Source: a virus. Taken from it: a DNA stretch of 64,000 bases. Shown here in pieces: positions 58,189-64,000 of this stretch (the first letter of the stretch is position 1; each line of letters opens with the position of its first letter). A model generated the notes under the pieces. That model was not told the origin of the DNA, did no database searches, and worked only from the letters and a program-made list of their open reading frames with translations. The position numbers and the translations under genes are program-made. The stretch covers positions 1 through 64,000 of IMG/VR virus record IMGVR_UViG_3300037258_000374; one strand, given 5' to 3'.

Positions 58189-59715
58189 GTGATCGTAGCC
58201 GAATTTGCCGCGGCCTTAGGCCTTAACGTAAACGAGGGCGAGTTCGCCAAGGGCGACAAGCTCATGGATGGGCTGCGCCACGCCGTCGAGATCTTCATCG
58301 GCGTGGAGGCGATCCGCAAAGTCGGACAGATGGTGTCCGGCTTCGTGGAGTCGGCCGTCGCGGCGAAGCGACTCGGCGAGCGCATCGGAGATACCGCGCA
58401 GGCAGTCCAGGAGCTCGGCTATGCCGCACAGACCGAAGGCGCGAGCGCCGATGACCTTCAGGTCTCGATGCAGCACCTCGCGGTCGCACTTCAGGAGTTG
58501 CAGCGCAGCGGGACGGGCCCAGCCGCCGACGGGATGCGCGCGCTCGGCGTCAGCGCGGCGGCGCTGAAGAACAAGAAGCCGTCCGAGGTGCTCGGGATCC
58601 TCGCCGATCACTTCGCAAAGCTGCCGGATGGATCCAAGAAGACCGCCGCTGCGATGGACCTGTTCGGGCGCTCTGGCACCGCGCTGATCCCACTGCTGAA
58701 CAAGGGCAGCGCCGGCATCGCCGATCTCCGGGCCGAGGCCGAGAAGCTCGGCGTGGTCATCGGCGAGGATGCCGTCAAGAACGCGGAGAAGCTCGAGAAG
58801 GAGAACATCAAGCTCCACGCGTCGTTGACCGGCATCAAGAACCAGGCGATCTCCGCGCTGCTGCCGGCGATCACCGAGCTCGTCGAGCAGATGTCGGCGT
58901 GGATTGCGAAGAACAGGGACCTGATCGAGTCGCTGATCGAGGGCGTCGTTACCGCGCTGACGTACGTCGGCAAGGGGCTCGCGATCTTCATCCAAGCAGT
59001 CGGCTCCGCGATTGGCTTCCTGCAGGAGCACAAGGATCTCGCCGAGGCGGTCCTTGTAGCGCTCGGTACGGTCATCACCGCATTCGCGGTACAGGCCGCG
59101 ATCGACTGGCTGCTCGCGTTCTGGCCCATCCCGCTGATCATCATCGCGATCGCTGGGGTGGCCTACGGGGTCAAGAAGCTGTGGGACCTGATCAAGGCGA
59201 ATTGGCACTACGTCGTCGACGCCTTTCACCGAATCAAAGACGTTGTTGTCGAACTATTTCACGCGCTCACCGATGTGCCGCTAGAGGTCTTTGAACGCTT
59301 TAAGAGCGGAGCAGAGAACGTGAAAAAGAAGTTCGAGGAGGTCATCGACTGGATCAAGAAGAAGATCAACGAGAGCGAGGATTGGTTCAACAGCAGTTGG
59401 TTTGGCAAGGCGATCAAATGGAGCTACCACAACAGCCCTGTCGGATTGGTCCGCGATCATCTGATGAGCAACGGCAGCGCTCCGCCTGGCCCCTCTGCGA
59501 ACACGACCGGATGGATGAACCCCTATCGGAATGGCGTGATGGGACAAGCCGGCGCCACCTACACCTTCACGGGCGACATCAACAGCAACGTCACCGCGAA
59601 GACTGACTCCGACCCGGTCCAGATCGCGAACGCCAGTGCGGCGCAGACGAAGAAGATGATCGAGGAGCAGCTTCGCCATGCGAGAGGCTCGCTGATCTCT
59701 GGAGAGAAGCCGTAG
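58189..59715 (+). CDS. Tape measure protein
   Basis: Helical Ala-rich; AMDLFGRSG..LIPLL. Confidence 0.85.
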   Translation: MIVAEFAAALGLNVNEGEFAKGDKLMDGLRHAVEIFIGVEAIRKVGQMVSGFVESAVAAKRLGERIGDTAQAVQELGYAAQTEGASADDLQVSMQHLAVALQELQRSGTGPAADGMRALGVSAAALKNKKPSEVLGILADHFAKLPDGSKKTAAAMDLFGRSGTALIPLLNKGSAGIADLRAEAEKLGVVIGEDAVKNAEKLEKENIKLHASLTGIKNQAISALLPAITELVEQMSAWIAKNRDLIESLIEGVVTALTYVGKGLAIFIQAVGSAIGFLQEHKDLAEAVLVALGTVITAFAVQAAIDWLLAFWPIPLIIIAIAGVAYGVKKLWDLIKANWHYVVDAFHRIKDVVVELFHALTDVPLEVFERFKSGAENVKKKFEEVIDWIKKKINESEDWFNSSWFGKAIKWSYHNSPVGLVRDHLMSNGSAPPGPSANTTGWMNPYRNGVMGQAGATYTFTGDINSNVTAKTDSDPVQIANASAAQTKKMIEEQLRHARGSLISGEKP

Positions 59716-59717
59716 CC

Positions 59718-60716
59718 ATGGCCGGTCCGAGCAAATTCGTGATCGATGGGTACCCCATCGATGTACAGATTCGATTCGAAGGCCGCTACGAGAGCGAGGT
59801 CACGAAGTTCCCCGTCGAGAAGGGTAGCGATCCAACCGACAACATCCGCCAGAGGCCGCGCGTGATCGATGTCGAAGGCGTGGTCAGCTCGACGCCGATC
59901 GGAGCCATCGCGCTCGACCCGACTCGCGCATCGCTCCAGGGCTCGAAGCTGCCGCCGACCGATGCGTATCAGCGGATGATCGCGATCTGGACTGCGAAGC
60001 GATACGTCACCGTCCAGACGACGCGCGACACGTATCAGAACATGGCGATGACGTCGTTCGTCGACACCATCGAGAGCGGCGAGGCGAACTCGCTCATGTT
60101 CCAGGCGACTTTCGAAGAGATCGTCATCGTCGACACGCAGCGCGTCACGGTCAACAGCATCCAGCACCAGGGCCTCGGCTTCATCGCGCCGACAATCGCA
60201 AACCTCAACGCCTTCGGAAAGTTCGTGCTGAGCAAGGTGAGGGAATCGGATTTCGCCGGCTACTCGTACGAAGGGAATGCAGATACGGGGACACCGATCA
60301 TCAAATACACGAAGCACATCCCAGTCAACGACAGCATCTATGGCAGTCCGGTGCTTTCGACGACCCACGAAGACCGAATCGCGACGAACGGCTACGATCC
60401 GTTCCCCGGATTGAACTGGGTCGATCACTACATCATCCCTGGCATCACCAACGACGAGAGCGACAAGAAGCGAACTCTAGTCGACGGATACATCCAGACT
60501 CTCGATCAAGGCGTCAATCAGGCCAAGGGCTACTATGCGATTGCCCTAACGCGGAGTCAGGCGCCGACGGGGTCAAAACAAACCAACAGCGCGCCGACGC
60601 AGAACTACGGAGATGGGACCGTTCGCAACAGCAGTGGGCAGTCCATTACGCAAGCCCCGCCTGCGCCGAGCAACGTCACCACGTGGAATCATCTGGCCGA
60701 GAACGACGGAACATGA
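59718..60716 (+). CDS. Baseplate/tube initiator protein
   Basis: VTKFPVEKGS..DNI. Confidence 0.7.
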   Translation: MAGPSKFVIDGYPIDVQIRFEGRYESEVTKFPVEKGSDPTDNIRQRPRVIDVEGVVSSTPIGAIALDPTRASLQGSKLPPTDAYQRMIAIWTAKRYVTVQTTRDTYQNMAMTSFVDTIESGEANSLMFQATFEEIVIVDTQRVTVNSIQHQGLGFIAPTIANLNAFGKFVLSKVRESDFAGYSYEGNADTGTPIIKYTKHIPVNDSIYGSPVLSTTHEDRIATNGYDPFPGLNWVDHYIIPGITNDESDKKRTLVDGYIQTLDQGVNQAKGYYAIALTRSQAPTGSKQTNSAPTQNYGDGTVRNSSGQSITQAPPAPSNVTTWNHLAENDGT

Positions 60717-61093
60717 TCACCGAATATATATTGCCGTTGTCGCCATCGATTCCATCGTACGATTTTATCGCTACGATAGAAGGCCGCGCATTAGCATTCA
60801 ATGTCCGGTGGAATCAACGAGAGCCGTCTTCGAACCCCGTCGGCGCTGGCGCATGGTTCATGGACATCGCCGAGATCGACGCCACTCCGATCATGACCGG
60901 AATCAAGATCGTTCTCGGAGCATTCCTCGGTCGCGAGTCAACGCACATCATCTTCAAGCGCGGCGTGTTCATCGCCTACGACACGAGCTCGAATCAACAG
61001 GACGCTGGATACGACGACCTCGGAACGCGCGTGATGGTCAAGTACATCCCGGCGATCGATTGGCTTCGTCGACTCACACAAGAGACGCTGTGA
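60713..61093 (+). CDS. Baseplate plug-like protein
   Basis: RWNQR..WFMDI; position. Confidence 0.65.
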   Translation: MITEYILPLSPSIPSYDFIATIEGRALAFNVRWNQREPSSNPVGAGAWFMDIAEIDATPIMTGIKIVLGAFLGRESTHIIFKRGVFIAYDTSSNQQDAGYDDLGTRVMVKYIPAIDWLRRLTQETL

Positions 61094-61983
61094 CACTGCT
61101 GTTCGGACGCGTCGCGCGCATGACCTTCTGGCGCCAGCCCGCGCCGGCAACGTTCATCGGCGCGAATCCGCAGTTCTTCGACAGGATCGATAACGGCATC
61201 GAGATCACCGCGCTCCGATTCAAGTTCTCGGTCGACAAGCACATCGGCCCGGAGCCGAATACGTGTGACATCACGCTGTTCAACGCAAACGACGAAACGC
61301 GCAGCTTCATCGACCACAAACCGATGATGGTCAAGCTCGACGCCGGCTACGACGGCATCTATCGCAACCTGTTCATCGGGAACATCAGGTACAGCGACAG
61401 CATCCGCAAAGGAACCGAATGGGAGACCACGATGCAGGTCGCCGATGGAGCTCGGGCGTTCTCGTTCGGCCGGATGAATCGCAGCTACAAGAAGCCGATC
61501 AGCGTGCTCCGCGTGCTCCAGGATGCCGCCAACTCGATGAGCCTGCAGCTGCCGCCTGAGGTCGAGCAGAGCGTCGAGCTGAAGCAGGCGCTCTCGACCG
61601 GGATTTCGATGCACGGTCCGGCGCGCGATATCCTGACAAGGCTGCTGGCGCCGTACGGCTACTCGTGGAGCATTCAGAATCAGCGCCTGCAGATCCTCCG
61701 CGACGATCAGGTTCGCGAAGACCAGGCGGTGCTCATCAACCAGGGCACCGGGCTCGTGGGAACGCCAGCGCGCTCGACTCCGACGAACGACGGCAAGCCG
61801 TCCACGGTGTCGTGCGTCGTGCTGCTCTATCCCGAACTGACTCCTGGTGCGAAGATGAAGCTCCAGAGCCAGAAGATCAACGGCGAGTTCCGCATGCAGA
61901 AGATCGTATCGGAGGGCGACACGCACGACGACGGGGAGACCTGGACCTCGAAGATCGAGGCGCGTCCGCTAGGGCCTGCCTGA
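61090..61983 (+). CDS. Baseplate hub protein
   Basis: PNTCDITLFN, LDAGY, WSIQN, TGLVGTP. Confidence 0.75.
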   Translation: MTLLFGRVARMTFWRQPAPATFIGANPQFFDRIDNGIEITALRFKFSVDKHIGPEPNTCDITLFNANDETRSFIDHKPMMVKLDAGYDGIYRNLFIGNIRYSDSIRKGTEWETTMQVADGARAFSFGRMNRSYKKPISVLRVLQDAANSMSLQLPPEVEQSVELKQALSTGISMHGPARDILTRLLAPYGYSWSIQNQRLQILRDDQVREDQAVLINQGTGLVGTPARSTPTNDGKPSTVSCVVLLYPELTPGAKMKLQSQKINGEFRMQKIVSEGDTHDDGETWTSKIEARPLGPA

Positions 61984-62663
61984 TGCCGGAGCGCTCGCTA
62001 ACCGTTCGACTCGAGGAGCTCGTGCGAGACGCCGTGCAAGAGCAACTCTACGTGGTGCGCGTCGCGATGCCGGCGATGATCACCGAGTACGACAACACGA
62101 CGCAGTTCGCCTCGGTGCAGCCGCTCATCAAGCATGGCTATACGAACGAACAGGGCGACCGCATCGCGGAGACGCTACCGATCATCCACGATGTTCCGGT
62201 GCACATGTTCGGAGGATTCGGCGGGAACGCCCGCATCACGTGTCCGGTCCAGAAGGGCGACGTCTGCCTGATGGTGTGCAGCTCGAGCGCGATCGATCGC
62301 TGGCTGCAGCGAGCCGGCGCGGCCATCACCGATCCTATCGATGATCGGCGACACGACATCAACGACGCGATCGCGTACGTCGGGCTCCACAACTACAAGA
62401 CGGTGCCGACGACGGCGCCGCTCGATGCTCTCGTGCTCCATGCGTACAACGGTATCCTGATCCGGCTCGGCAGCCCTGATGCGGCCGGGGATGTCGTTGT
62501 GCAGTCCGCCCTTGACGACTTCGGCACTGCACTTGGGACGGCGATCATCGCGCTCGGCGCCAATCCTGCCGCTGCTGCGCTCACGGCGCTGCAGACCGCG
62601 CTCGGAGCCCTCAATACCGGAGCTGGCTGGAAGGCCGGAACCACAAAGACGAAGGCGGAGTGA
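61983..62663 (+). CDS. Baseplate spike (Gp138-like)
   Basis: VQPLI, DVPV, PVQKGD, RRHDINDA. Confidence 0.8.
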   Translation: MPERSLTVRLEELVRDAVQEQLYVVRVAMPAMITEYDNTTQFASVQPLIKHGYTNEQGDRIAETLPIIHDVPVHMFGGFGGNARITCPVQKGDVCLMVCSSSAIDRWLQRAGAAITDPIDDRRHDINDAIAYVGLHNYKTVPTTAPLDALVLHAYNGILIRLGSPDAAGDVVVQSALDDFGTALGTAIIALGANPAAAALTALQTALGALNTGAGWKAGTTKTKAE

Positions 62664-62664
62664 C

Positions 62665-63048
62665 ATGGCGACGACGACGCTACCGCTCGAGACCGACTTC
62701 ATCTGCTGGGCGATCGATCCGATCACGGGCGATCTGATCTTCCCGATCGTCTGGCTGTCGGGCATCCCTGCGATCGTTCAGGGCGTCACGTGCCGGTTGC
62801 GCCTGTTCCTCGGAGAATGGTTCCTAAAGCTGACCGATGGTGTGGACTGGCAAGACATCCTCGGCGAGAAGTTCAACGAGACGCTGCTGTACACCGAGGT
62901 CTCGAAGCAGATCCTCGCAACACCAGGAGTCACCGGCATCGTGTCGCTGACGGCTACTTTCGACAACCCGAGTCGAGCCGCGACTGTTACCTTCGTCGCG
63001 AGTTCGGAGTTCGGCAACACGCCTTCGACGACCCTCACCGTGCCCTAG
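62665..63048 (+). CDS. Baseplate wedge/sheath initiator
   Basis: RLRLFLGEWFL..GV. Confidence 0.75.
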   Translation: MATTTLPLETDFICWAIDPITGDLIFPIVWLSGIPAIVQGVTCRLRLFLGEWFLKLTDGVDWQDILGEKFNETLLYTEVSKQILATPGVTGIVSLTATFDNPSRAATVTFVASSEFGNTPSTTLTVP

Positions 63049-63056
63049 GAGCTGCC

Positions 63057-64000
63057 ATGGCCACCCCAGGATTGTCCCCGACCGGCCTCGTCATCGACAC
63101 GATCGATACGATCATGGCGGCCATCACCGCCGACGTCCAAGATCGGTGGGGGCAATCGATCGACAACAGTTCGGCGACGCCGAACGGGCAATTCTCCGGG
63201 ATCGTCGCCGAGCGACTAGCATCGGTCTGGCAGGGACTCGAGTCCGTGTACTCGGCATGGGATCCCGACAAGGCGACGGGGCAGGGTCTCGACGCCATCT
63301 GCAAGATCACCGGAACGTTTCGAACGCCGGCCACGAGCTCGACGGTCACCGAGACGCTTGCCGGAGATCCATCGACGGTGGTTGCGGCTGGATTCACCGT
63401 GGCGACCTCGAGCACCGAGGAGCCATTCGTCTCCCAGGTCGACATCTCGCTCGATGCGCTAGACGATTGGGCGACCTCTACCAGCTACGATCTGGACGAT
63501 CGAGTCACGGCGAATGCACGCTGCTACCAGTGCATCACCGCGGGCGAGAGCGACTCGACCGGCAGCGGACCGAGCACGACTGATGCCGACATCACGGACA
63601 ACGATGCTCATTGGACGTACATCGGAGACGGCACGGCGGTCGGCGATGTGGTCTGCGCGAGCCAGGACACGGGGCCGATCGTCGGCACCGCGCGCGACAT
63701 CACGGACATCCAGACGCCGCTCGGTGGCGTGAACACGGCCATCAATATCGATGACGCCGAACTCGGATCGCTCGAGATGAGCGATCAGAACCTGCGACTT
63801 CTCCGCGAGGAAGAACTCGCGAAGCCGGGGTCGACGACGCAGGATGCGATTCGCGCGCTGCTGCTCGAGATCAGTGGCGTTACCAGCGTGACCGTCTACA
63901 TGAACGTCGACGACGTCACCGACGATAACAGCGTGCCGCCGCACGCGGTGATGGCGCTCGTCGTTGGCGGTGCCGATCAGGACACCGGGAACGCGCTTTG
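63057..64000 (+). CDS. Baseplate J/gp47-like protein, runs off right edge; contains a CBM5/12-like insert (~63460-63630)
   Basis: Manual translation: GLSPTG, DPDKATGQGLD..ITG; insert W..STSY..DRVT..YQC..W. Confidence 0.75.
   Translation, partial: MATPGLSPTGLVIDTIDTIMAAITADVQDRWGQSIDNSSATPNGQFSGIVAERLASVWQGLESVYSAWDPDKATGQGLDAICKITGTFRTPATSSTVTETLAGDPSTVVAAGFTVATSSTEEPFVSQVDISLDALDDWATSTSYDLDDRVTANARCYQCITAGESDSTGSGPSTTDADITDNDAHWTYIGDGTAVGDVVCASQDTGPIVGTARDITDIQTPLGGVNTAINIDDAELGSLEMSDQNLRLLREEELAKPGSTTQDAIRALLLEISGVTSVTVYMNVDDVTDDNSVPPHAVMALVVGGADQDTGNAL

Overview
High-GC tailed (pro)phage genome segment with a contractile-tail (myovirus-type) morphogenesis module. Both ends run off the window, and no integrase or att site is visible. 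The host is not determinable here; composition is compatible with soil Myxococcota, but that is a guess. Layout: (i) 1-18.7 kb leftward early arm with small Zn-finger genes, RHH regulators, a DNA-modification cluster (PAPS-reductase-like, C5 MTase, ParB-N6/N4 MTase, radical-SAM-like, HerA-like, Gp37/Gp68) and a YqaJ exonuclease plus putative annealing protein. (ii) 18.7-35.6 kb rightward arm with a replication initiator containing iterons, a DnaC-like loader, RusA-like, HNH, SNF2, transglycosylase-like and GroES-like genes. (iii) 36-64 kb packaging, head, tail and baseplate genes with a tRNA-Met(CAT). The top candidate novel system is at 30.2-31.6 kb: a stand-alone RAMP/Cas7-like gene plus a partner gene, flanked by three non-coding units made of (CRC-NN)n pentamer repeats, each ending in a conserved hairpin. 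This looks like a compact RNA-guided module whose guide information lies in variable dinucleotides. Also notable: an HNH gene hidden antisense and in-frame inside the head morphogenesis gene, a dual-frame C5 methyltransferase, pervasive leaderless promoters, a variant initiator tRNA, and several broken accessory genes. All family calls come from motif recognition by eye, not database searches.
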